64,000 bases of DNA from positions 1 through 64,000 of IMG/VR virus record IMGVR_UViG_3300030102_005560; one strand, 5' to 3'. The stretch's first letter is position 1; every line of letters begins with the position of its first letter. A program made the position numbers and the translations under genes. The DNA is from a virus. The notes under the pieces were generated by a model. That model did not search any database, was not told the origin of the DNA, and saw only the letters and a list, made by a program, of their open reading frames with translations. Positions 42,601 through 47,908 of this stretch are shown here, in pieces.

Positions 42601-45600
42601 AAGCCAACGTGCAAGTGAGGTACAGCGACGGTCGTAGGATGACTCGTCCGTTCGGCACACCTGTGCGTACTCTGAGAAACCCCAGCGGTGTCGAGAGGGA
42701 CTGGTGGGGAGACAGCGAGGGGAAGGGCGAAACGAGCCTCTCTGTGGCCTCCCAGTACTATCTGGTGGACTGGTGGGGCAACGAGCGCGGAGAGGACGTG
42801 AGACGCGCTCCAGTGCGTGGATTCGGCATCCGCCCAGCATGGGACTGCGGCAATGCCTACGAGGAGGACAGGACCAACACCGCTGGTGCTGACAACCCGT
42901 CCAACACAGTGACGATAACCTCCTTCAACAGCCTCGAGAGAGACACTGCCTCCACTGCGCAAATCACCATCTCGGGTGACATAACCAACTATGTCAGTCC
43001 TGCCAACGCAACTGCCTCGATTGCTATAGCGAACAGCAATGGACTGAACACGGACGTCTTCCCAGTGGGAGAATCAGCCCAGATAAAATTCGGACTTCAA
43101 CCTGCGGATTCCGATAACACAGACGCGAACAACTTCATTCAGTTAGTGAGCGAAGACGGCGCACAGACCACTAAGTGGTTCGCTAGGACCAGTGGTACCA
43201 ACGGTGCTGCCCTGAGCGGTAACAATGGGCAATTCACTTACCCGTCGGGTGCAAGGCAGTACAACATCGGTGCTTCTGTCGTGCTTACTGCGAGGAACTT
43301 CAAAGGAGCAGTGGAGACTTACAGTCAGGGCTTTGCTGGTTCATTGTCCCAACCACAGCAAGTTGTAAGTGATGTACTAGGTGCAGACGACACACAGAAC
43401 ATCACTCTGACTGCTGCTCCCACGGGCTCTGCTCCCAACAGGGTAGGAGCGACCAGTGCGACCCTAACTCTTGGCAGCAGTTTTGCCTCCCACAACACCA
43501 ACAACCCCAATACGATAGCCGTCGTTGACTTTACTGGTGGCATCAACGAACTCATACTGGGTGAGACCACGGGCTCCAATGACAATACAATCAACTACTT
43601 CACAATAACAGACAGTGCTAGTAACGTGAAGAACTACTTCCCATCACATGATTCAACGAATCAGCCTACTGGCTCTACTGGCACTAGAACCTTCGATGAC
43701 GGTAGCACCAAATCCGTTGTGTACTTCAACTTCGCTAGTAATGGAAACAACGGGGCCGCTGGTCTTGCTTTAGTCCAAGCAATCAATGGGTCGTCTGGAC
43801 ACCCAAACACAATATCAGCACAGAACAATGGCAGTGGAAGCGTCGGCCTCACGCATGACTTGGCTGGCACTGCTGGCAACGGCGCCGCACTGGCCAAGAG
43901 CAACATAGCAGACAGCGTTGCGACAATCTCAGGCAGCAACTTCTCAGGAGGCGTGACGGAGGAGAACGCAACCAACACACCCTTCATACAAATCATCGAC
44001 AACGAGTCGAGCCCGACGACGAAGAAGTACGTGCCAGTGAAGAACGGTGACGCTCTAGGCAACGGCAACAATGGCGGGGGCAGCATAGGCGACGTCACTG
44101 GTGGTATAGCCTTCCAAGAGGGAGCATCAGCAGTCGCCACTGCTGACAACCTGAGGATAGCGATAGGTCACAGCAATGGTCACGACGGCACTGTGCTGAC
44201 TGATGCGGCTGGCAGCGCCGCTATCACCCTCACGCAGAAGACGATAGGGGCAAACACAGCGGCCATCACCCTGAACAACCTTGCCTCCAACATCAGCAAG
44301 ACCAACTTCAGCGGTGGCGGGATTCGAGACAACTTCCTCGGACTGACTGATGCGGCAGGGACGCTGAAGAAGTACAAGGCCTCGAACACCGCAGCGAACG
44401 GCAGCACCGATGGTACGTACGTCTTCTACGATGCCGCAGCCCCATCCCAGAACAGCACGGTTGCTGAGAATCTCGAGACTGCCATAAACAGCGTCAACGG
44501 TCACAACGGCACCCTTACCACGACTAGGACCAACAATGCAATAGAAGTCAGGCTCAATCAAGCGACAGTAGGCAGCGCGGCAGTGAGTGACAACGTGACA
44601 GGGTTGACGACCGATGTCTCCTTCACCTCGGTAGTGCACCAGCCCAGAACCCCCTACAGGAGAATCTGGAACGATGCCAAGCCAATCTACAACCTCAAGG
44701 GGATTGCCGACCTTTCCAGCGGGAACATATCCGTCACTGCCGGGAATACCATACCCAGATTCGGCGGTGTGTTGAATGACACCAACAACAATGACACTAG
44801 CAACCTAGTGGATGTCTTCGCACCGACGCATTCCCTCAGAGTCGGGGACATGGGCAACGGCAGGGGAGTCAGATACCCCACTGCGTTCAACGAGGACGTA
44901 GTCACCGAACTTTCATCACCTACCCACACCACAGGCATGGTGCTCAGTCACAACACAGCAGAGCCACCATTCGGCAATGGTCTGATGAGACCTCGAAACG
45001 ACGTCCTAGAATCCGATGAGGTCCCAAGAGGAATAAGCGCTAGACTAGGGATATCCGAGAACGGTCTGCTCAAGCCGGATGCCGTAGTGAGCGACAGGGT
45101 CGAGGAGGTCGTGGGGAGCAGCGTACACAAGGATGCTGTATCCAGAACGAGCCCTAGGATAGGCATAGACGCTGACACGGTGGAGGGCATAGAGCAGCAT
45201 CACGTGGTAATCAACACAGAGGCACATAGCCTACACACGGATAGGGACATAGGCCAGAGGGTCCTGCTCCAAGGAGGGAGCCAAGTCAAGACTAGCAGTG
45301 CAAGCACTCTCACTGATGTGAACTACAACGCTCTCTCCTTCGCTAGACAGTCATCCAGCGGGTCTGTGGTGAGCGCTGCTCACAAGTTCAGCCACACATC
45401 TACATTCAGACCGTATGGTGGTACGTATCTGATTGACAGCAAATCGTACTCGGGTCTCTTCGATGACACTGGCTGGGGAGTCACTAGCCTGACCGGCTCC
45501 ACTGACACCTCCAATCCATATCAGGACCCTGACAACTATTCGAGTGACACAGTGAGGAACAACGAGAAGGACAAATCGGTTGAGTTCCTCCTTCGCCCAA

Positions 45601-46121
45601 TCAGAGTGCTGGACAACAGCCACGTAGAGGTATTCAGGTTCCACAACTCCCTATCCTCAGGCACTCCGCAGTACGATGCCAACTACTACTATTGCACCTC
45701 AGGTGGTAGATACGGTCTGTACACCTACAAGGTAGCCAGTGGTAGGACACCTGCTGCCAACACGCCAGCGTCCAGAGCGACACCAGACGGCAACGGGCCA
45801 TACATCCCAGTGTACGTAATGACACCCGGTAACAGCCTAGATGTTCCCACCAGCCAAGGTCCGAACATACCCGGAGTGGGTGTGACGGGCTTCGACAACA
45901 CTAACCTAGAATCCACCGTATCACGTCTGGTCATTAGCGAGAACACGATACAACACCACCGCTCGGATGCGCCTAGGAGAAAGCAGGAGCAGGAGAGCGA
46001 CGACAAACTGAGAAGGGTGGATTACGAGGTAAAGGCGAGGTTCAGCCAGTCCTTGCATGGCAAGGGTCATGACGGTGACGTCGCCTTCAGCGTTACTGAG
46101 CACAGCGGAGATGGTAGTTGA
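27690..46121 (+). CDS. Giant tail-tip/baseplate protein (6143 aa) with an N-terminal LamG/concanavalin-like domain
   Basis: Uninterrupted 18.4-kb ORF; FFFDGVSDSI…LTIEAWL…LYVNG…IYIGG…FRGVM is a LamG pattern; located in the tail module. Confidence 0.8.
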   Translation: MSVLSRSNHAFFFDGVSDSIIVPDGPFILGKRDSLGNTSVKEFLDDDNADPQLSITSGLYSNELTIEAWLMPDCGGTVVEKSGQFKLTVGNVDTPGPATFGIYLNNGSSDEYHEISTGNKTATRYEGTVYPASEFGGIHESYNRFDTSTYGTATDLNRNHRQLLHVIATFREKGLELYVNGQIMASKSLKDVPRTIAKSNSNIYIGGKGGQFRGVMEAIHIKGGFKQGMTHGKSPLKDDTTMLLYRFEEPISPIEKEYAFTSITNDFNDAGLSTISISASDAQAIATLLTGKAADLSNFPNGNLDFTVTPYSSGKYTVVHPTSGNKYIPHVPYNLLINPNSIDRKTRKPNQTPPERVRLHSIDSMFGAATLTVSSVHLDHDRGVANDGLMGVLNKSRTTDSDDYFVIISADLLIDSGTGRPYQPPHFSTQIIDRTGQMVIDESNYERHGLVYSSRMATSTVDTDNPFAPVWYSSVPSEFQIGHSGRHVKNHVDGHPFLRMLPDANEEIVDLKGDGQADLIDIIYDQMQDGVEHQISVNSRVDVFRDLNDLPINSITNTTTVTQVVNTYQDTGSPPTGKRKLLAIGGPQMDFRPFALKGPVPLVGEEYASDIRKHHLRPSSQSRVALLHVPQLSTSNIKFAPYVEIHYNAMDLTGASMYKPVTAGSFVSGQTYIIVSIGDTNFTTIGASANTVGLIFEATGTGSGTGTARPYHPMLMVEKTVPASDVSIGAGSYVYDAIADSISSGKTLYAAGGVIDFDVGKLQTNSNMLQPHNLIGDNSEGYAADSDVDETSSPANYTPRESDSSENKTPSVILDSTSSGRSHESVFNKVRLSKPGHKHSLNDIGDYSRVEPQTVPGSPSTGEFDTGITTSHSHVHEVFDIIDNVPLVNDSISNMSLILQPSDRSRTNQLSRAKSLLDSFDTPSQFKIMCMMSRARVRSIKENDAADKGNYTVVHCVGLSESAASRNVDFVGTGSPDSHIVKEIEPNAPVVTVTLGGPGQGAMDTKPLYHKSKLAHESYSTRRAYAVEAVKLEMDFLSGTGTLHIRPLNNNSDDLASWGTYGFPRYGSIYMPDGSSAKYSSKTGTSFSFVASSLGSGDYLSSSGSEYTTIAQLLNAIGLMAGSTSGVVEIYGNFTIYSEPDFGDESNIENGTTVNDKMHQSLNDVQHDYQLGTQYASTRALVEIPLFANQFFKSTIGPDNGFKIHLDATHTAHTYNPSPVGRRPKGTSPADREAESAYSFAMANRQYVSSSTVKKWTDTRTVKRLYVSNISIFPDSSTSTDTYQGITNAFRYRKINLANGEYAYYTNVNTSNGYLDILNTEYGYSPEFFDSLEAGITVFLNESRLNKELPPMFSDSISQSSDFENRSEYYHDSASVKTQGGNVDYGLRQYVTAVEFKAGPESNPHAPRVGPRRATGKVLSELKTSLGNDEFALTLTLSPDEFSTFPNLGYDTLSEAPLEAGELIYEVQYDDSGTIHRYHYHGNLKTVGSLTTPENSITLTYTTTGGFTSYPVSILNKRITLSRKASRVLRETSAFGTGYTYYEGGTVYRELFNNMNIDTTIAIQQNDSSSNPESLIQLTMPSNRTLHDLHNISVKKDDEVYYYVDTTTDELRKIGTVTRVVSGEGSNNTTIHLSANAPTIPASAKLAVAMGDYEDKDAILNAHWLNPYAPGGLRNGDTIWANMSYNNPHAVEGLFAKSRGVYNESQVWTEFNGGTGSLNNSPRDSIPIENFMIGKTCLETARNYVQHVNRTIEENYLALGLTASQAPTVAFVDPYLSTPTHARVLLYDTAHDREFVAFQDIFMQVQTSPETTQLGWRKEVVEGSARKPLHKVNAQYAGSGPSPWTTQIDVTNGYPSQNPFIRSTQQSKFIESAYAHDLANRQSSDLLGSTVPTGSYTLPTDGRSSTSVRIYGKAHGHHVHTEYSLGGTLSNIRLGNSTVPRTNDSVVLHKVADELHFLGRKPAGTNVDVFTKELIKLREGTTGATFRDPSTFFDTPDGTRVIPAFLCLRGIRAESLDLTSHEEGRLQHLPEWKDMDFVRRLTVDMGVVKNKEGVVNITKAAEEVVRLINQHGALTARTENGSAHDPSPFWHVDDKNKGTHMGYLRAHIGREVRDLNGDIGVSVVIHSTVPGATGRNFCVWLDNSTGQDTYQPEFMIGHGGRWRNFWALPEETEGELMHPAPMPLNKHGRPFAPITTLQQYITSEESGEDVQSVADFEDDSVLRAVSDSISGKSHNSINAESLDVKGSSSTFVKGLRTGSRAMARINFGGLVASGVPGWAPNAGKWGFGKVNDSSFDNRYGESTSTSYGSYVPAADILPDNVGTSNIYGFRFKDNVGTEHGVRYIYRRDGDSFSNENTVLPTTIEEEVCVFFDDRDVAQGGFTIGNSMQGDNDATGRMDFTFVSETLGNKWKGARWRGVSAPNAATLVTASVSSTTMTIAFQAPFDTSFTDDKLGYLGFPRENGIIQITDEDGDGDADVGLTLSYGSRSGTQFFDVLGLPGSWTSGDYLITSVLNWTCLVTDELIAAATAAAINAGNEINNPDGLKFDCRDMYATDGRTFGEWGVREDAITIRAFNPSKNVAPLNESFSATLHRDFGIHAAHLEFGELKKTVRPTGAASWNFDTSRALTDAVIDGSRNVDCGYLPFNILKIDSVARGPHANTATPLFVDSKNNKASTKEWARGLKGLSFTRTSGDHILPKIDNPLTRYETAWTAISELVTDGEFSEGFTGAIAVDTGNPTNEIVVGDLIADNADRVLGRVTARTSTSITLDSLRVSIADNLIINKRQSLDNSTKNWQSSVTLSASMFHFAIPAGQVTGSIIKSLGERKRVYLSPSASVVAESKVGTSSDTVLQWDIDNSIGNMPREITFNRNLLSTHTNPDFDGLRSVGSVFSEPIVMFRGGRSSKDHSVPLFFGGGFSGVTLDVNDGTQNDYSSFYTHPYANGPTGVAGIQNANEISTSFAMLDANAMFAFFPGAALCNQHRGSITPPAFNKDNVLAPDLHSTTTLASDVVTAKPVPLVLRFPHPTARYEDHLDGTENKTTYLVFGPGQAFPFTREAADGTGLGHSSADTGNRFEPNPGLIVTATNNSTWASVPDSDGQSNLLFPNSIDNDNYAFGPLTKTRYNDTAGFHWRAMVNWETPAGYCMKGKFLQRPSHGRHYGQQFSDATPYNVIHLLPIHPKMHTPVIAYGIAMAADTVWHMDGGFHPGGHWMDNQITFNPPHPSASSRINGTSWPRADQIHPAAFRVSGAMLSKTLDYIGSSDTVTTNDSKMEYIVVDATRAQNGEELATVLGAAINAFPGGGALKALGGTHMPSMGNSLRQDRYGWVSVGTSSNGVQQATSVSPNQITNFITVDTGNPNQVTAEQVPASGWLRAHVGNAVSWACYHSREINASGDITFLLAPNRIEGKSEFEDKETWEDHANGSADDFAAVASNATIFVWSKAGTIRFNNENDSTRDHMTQVHFSGIADAIDRTKPIGAVGWHGERYSHLNSLKISVSTVKNGATSTTTGYAAGLGAYHPSLAFSPYGTAGTVMSVHSSVPVVAPMKHSPESVSPVDGIGTNVAEALTKSRFYVNFPDANGDGWSTGTLTPYFQDSDITTGSVTHWSSPTNYTTTLPEELTHPQGVYTSAFLVVSYECETALKNKYDRDLIQCNGDWLHLKTTSTNKIRSAGTSQFDPRIHNQDRFTAPANAGPNVEALIVSGTSVPTGDESVANWSDSVTWSFFTAFSDKTDKDNDLSMKNAIPGLNKTGDLLFDLDQSIGSALLQTGDAKRNVSSDKYTGTAYTASTGNSVSYPTEYWMGDVNAFQMYENSPVKNFTVENVVWKRMDGGNLSLPAINARGLGAVPWVTRVDTTGSSDVSYLTGEKVYGNVRFSFETTNSAMMPVLQAQELAHPEFIKKVPYSVGGVLEIPNEEVQFQSISVIDDSGQEHVLEGGSPLGTVIRGFRTPPDRGVNGKAPALANSGNTPNLKVMLPNPDSIPGNLIVRSGFDPIQAYQNETMGSGGMIHPDLSETHIGHLFDNSVAGPRNSPTYEDHNWERIDPVTFDSEVGGWNNNNPLKSSYELHDRTLFFHVTKMGHTHTHRYPTVYDYSSGSSGACSLQNQTVSVTAWNSTSSQLTVSQTLDSSVFSGGFGTKEVMDDRRFLRVYNPTTDEGAVCSYTTAGSTTITVVGDVGFADFMLAQTVTDLKVVPSYYVPAGSTRFFAARRMRDHAEVSGNSPDMAHTRYFAGDTVAYNAYSKPKMTPMPYPRMGHHFVTPTMPMLPGHWAHPAYQSLYRRHLVDFNASVSFKDTDLLNKYKTPTNSLSDIETAQSITFVDNINPLEAEVNFSGVNAAPSGPSDIHGGAFTLMFETGVKYDGYGILASSGTAGTMNSLGGHTIILEASANYTLEKHFPDPAEVGAYQIVIQPNVFSNQLIGYHNNATVGLTSQQVNTVVGIKRDSSRSTKIGGLGLILAKEVQADVRGCEVFINEMMLDVSPDYGSQFTNIPPLMSYNPLGVQLTESPSFTRRGFPYAVMFSDATPGYTLNIPWWSILHKNGPQGTDATNYRGLSQYGPDDYYLFSRSTFGSVGNQLTINGYTSTYIDIYSSIRENISINPKSTVVSFSSASGKIQISNSNTFPISPYYSQVVEYTGKNGNRYTKTLQSRSGALFDVNQGDYLQLQAGSDEFWTNLYDGAVVRLSYKYDTLPAGDIFTNEERSVFAHILPDIVDGNQDTNNAFLPDAYMCMWHPNLGRPNTYFSDSRTTLTSSAIDKDSYNSLPEHFETIHYHDFSHVISTGPFDFLIKTPKSTRTGEVTSGDSSHDAGGTNVMLSGFWPCGSRGGAHASRLDVYSYASSTWNLHATTDNCNFSSASNKEWTDADDDGSYSLSNGLAVGSMGGTRRRPYGYRNAVRQANNKPRYGVNPVRFQHEETANTEGNNTLDYDAGPLVQIETSDWGWSGNGTDDDTFPTTYVGVMERLTNFTGMLGHDQANVQVRYSDGRRMTRPFGTPVRTLRNPSGVERDWWGDSEGKGETSLSVASQYYLVDWWGNERGEDVRRAPVRGFGIRPAWDCGNAYEEDRTNTAGADNPSNTVTITSFNSLERDTASTAQITISGDITNYVSPANATASIAIANSNGLNTDVFPVGESAQIKFGLQPADSDNTDANNFIQLVSEDGAQTTKWFARTSGTNGAALSGNNGQFTYPSGARQYNIGASVVLTARNFKGAVETYSQGFAGSLSQPQQVVSDVLGADDTQNITLTAAPTGSAPNRVGATSATLTLGSSFASHNTNNPNTIAVVDFTGGINELILGETTGSNDNTINYFTITDSASNVKNYFPSHDSTNQPTGSTGTRTFDDGSTKSVVYFNFASNGNNGAAGLALVQAINGSSGHPNTISAQNNGSGSVGLTHDLAGTAGNGAALAKSNIADSVATISGSNFSGGVTEENATNTPFIQIIDNESSPTTKKYVPVKNGDALGNGNNGGGSIGDVTGGIAFQEGASAVATADNLRIAIGHSNGHDGTVLTDAAGSAAITLTQKTIGANTAAITLNNLASNISKTNFSGGGIRDNFLGLTDAAGTLKKYKASNTAANGSTDGTYVFYDAAAPSQNSTVAENLETAINSVNGHNGTLTTTRTNNAIEVRLNQATVGSAAVSDNVTGLTTDVSFTSVVHQPRTPYRRIWNDAKPIYNLKGIADLSSGNISVTAGNTIPRFGGVLNDTNNNDTSNLVDVFAPTHSLRVGDMGNGRGVRYPTAFNEDVVTELSSPTHTTGMVLSHNTAEPPFGNGLMRPRNDVLESDEVPRGISARLGISENGLLKPDAVVSDRVEEVVGSSVHKDAVSRTSPRIGIDADTVEGIEQHHVVINTEAHSLHTDRDIGQRVLLQGGSQVKTSSASTLTDVNYNALSFARQSSSGSVVSAAHKFSHTSTFRPYGGTYLIDSKSYSGLFDDTGWGVTSLTGSTDTSNPYQDPDNYSSDTVRNNEKDKSVEFLLRPIRVLDNSHVEVFRFHNSLSSGTPQYDANYYYCTSGGRYGLYTYKVASGRTPAANTPASRATPDGNGPYIPVYVMTPGNSLDVPTSQGPNIPGVGVTGFDNTNLESTVSRLVISENTIQHHRSDAPRRKQEQESDDKLRRVDYEVKARFSQSLHGKGHDGDVAFSVTEHSGDGS

Positions 46122-47563
46122 TGGCGAGGATGAGAAACAGCAACGGAGCGTTTGACACCTCTCTGACTGCAATAGCCACGAAGAGCAGGAGACCAGTTTT
46201 CGTCGACAATGCAGTGCACTTCGCCAAGGTCGAGCCACGCAGCAGCGGCAAGAGCAGAGTGACCATAGAGCAGAAGAACGCGGAGACCTACTACGTGGCC
46301 ACTGAGAAGTCATACTCCATAGCGGAGTCCGAGTCAGCGGTGACGCTGTCACACGAGGAGACTGCTGGTCACACCCTCAAGAGCACGGTCTTCAGCACTC
46401 GTGGGAGGAACACATCAACCCCGCTCCTGTACTCAGCGGATGAGCCATCAAAGAGAATCATAGGAAGCACATCCACCATGACCAACAACGGTCTCAGAGT
46501 GAACCTTCGCAACATGAAAGGCAAGAAACTCTCGGACATAGGCTTCTCTACCGATAGGGTGAGAATGGGCCAGATAGTGGACATCGGTCTGAGGACCACT
46601 GACTTAGCGACTGAGTTGGCTGACTCGCTGTCAGGTACGGTGACAGCCTTCTCTATAGGCAACGCGATGCGAAGCACCAACACCAATCGCCAAAGGAGAA
46701 CCGTCAGCAACGTGTTCCTCGCTGCTGACTTCAAGAACATCAATCTCCTATCAGCACTCCGCTTCGTGTCCAGACACGATAACAGGATACCGATGTACGA
46801 CAGATACGGCGTGTTACAGTACGTTCCTTACAATGCAGCGTCTACCATACGCTCCATAGATGCGAACGTCAGACTGGGAGACAGAGACACCAACCCCGTG
46901 GAGAACTCGGAGAACAGAATCACAGTCCAAGGTAGGCCGATAGCCCTTAATGACAATCTCCTGCTCACAATGGACGACCGAGAAAAGCAACAGGGGAGAT
47001 TCGACAACGACATAGTGGAGGGAGTGTCGCCGGTGTTCGACGCATCCATCACCAATCGTCAACAGGCCAGAAGAGTCGCTAGACAGATACTGAAGACAAA
47101 CTCCCTCTTCACTGGGAGCATCACATCGAATGGCCACCCTGAGTTATGGGACTTGAGACCCGGTGACACTGTGTTCTTCGATGGCAGCAAATACTCTGTT
47201 CTAGAAGTGAGACACAAGATGGCAGACCTCAACAGCGACTTCGTGTTCCTCAATGCTGACATCGGCATAGAGGGAGTGTTCCAAGGCATAATAGAAGGTA
47301 GTGTCTCGGCGTCCAATGACACTGGTGACGAAAAGGTGAACCAAATCGTCGACGAGAACTTCTCCTTCTTCGAGGGCTTTGAAATCAACGTGATGCCCAT
47401 AATCACCGTCACCCACGTTGGGAGCACTGGGCTTCTCATAGGTGGAAACACCAATAGGGGTAAGATAGGTGGAGCAGTAACGATAGGACCGGGCGTGACA
47501 GGTGACATCAGGAGCATTGGGCTAAACAAGTCGACCCCATTAGTAGTAAGAGGTGAGATGTGA
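46118..47563 (+). CDS. Putative baseplate hub / tail-tip protein
   Basis: ENRITVQG, QARRVARQIL, DLRPGDTV…VLEVRH resemble the C-terminal pattern of gp27/Tal-like hub proteins. Confidence 0.5.
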   Translation: MMARMRNSNGAFDTSLTAIATKSRRPVFVDNAVHFAKVEPRSSGKSRVTIEQKNAETYYVATEKSYSIAESESAVTLSHEETAGHTLKSTVFSTRGRNTSTPLLYSADEPSKRIIGSTSTMTNNGLRVNLRNMKGKKLSDIGFSTDRVRMGQIVDIGLRTTDLATELADSLSGTVTAFSIGNAMRSTNTNRQRRTVSNVFLAADFKNINLLSALRFVSRHDNRIPMYDRYGVLQYVPYNAASTIRSIDANVRLGDRDTNPVENSENRITVQGRPIALNDNLLLTMDDREKQQGRFDNDIVEGVSPVFDASITNRQQARRVARQILKTNSLFTGSITSNGHPELWDLRPGDTVFFDGSKYSVLEVRHKMADLNSDFVFLNADIGIEGVFQGIIEGSVSASNDTGDEKVNQIVDENFSFFEGFEINVMPIITVTHVGSTGLLIGGNTNRGKIGGAVTIGPGVTGDIRSIGLNKSTPLVVRGEM

Positions 47564-47907
47564 TGCCAGCAAACGACCATTTGAAGCGCCTGATGGTGGA
47601 AACCATCGCAAATAACATCAACGAGATGGTTATCGGGTTCGATGGCACACCGGCTACTTCGACCGACGGGGCCGCCGGTCGACCCGCTATCACCATCACT
47701 CCCACAGTCAGGATACTGGACAACTCCACTCTCTTGGTCGAGGGAGTCATACCATCGAGCGAGTCCTTCAGCGAGACTCTCAAGGAGGTCTTTGTGCAAC
47801 TCAGAGGCACCAACGACTTCACTCCCATCACTAGGCATGTTTTCAGACCGATTCAAAAGACCTCGACCAACGAGGTCAATCTACAGTTGATAATAGAGGT
47901 GAAGTGA
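47560..47907 (+). CDS. Small baseplate / fibre-attachment protein
   Basis: 115 aa; TLKEV…RHVFRPIQKTSTNEV resembles fibre-attachment proteins; GAGGTGA SD. Confidence 0.5.
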   Translation: MMPANDHLKRLMVETIANNINEMVIGFDGTPATSTDGAAGRPAITITPTVRILDNSTLLVEGVIPSSESFSETLKEVFVQLRGTNDFTPITRHVFRPIQKTSTNEVNLQLIIEVK

Positions 47908-47908
47908 A

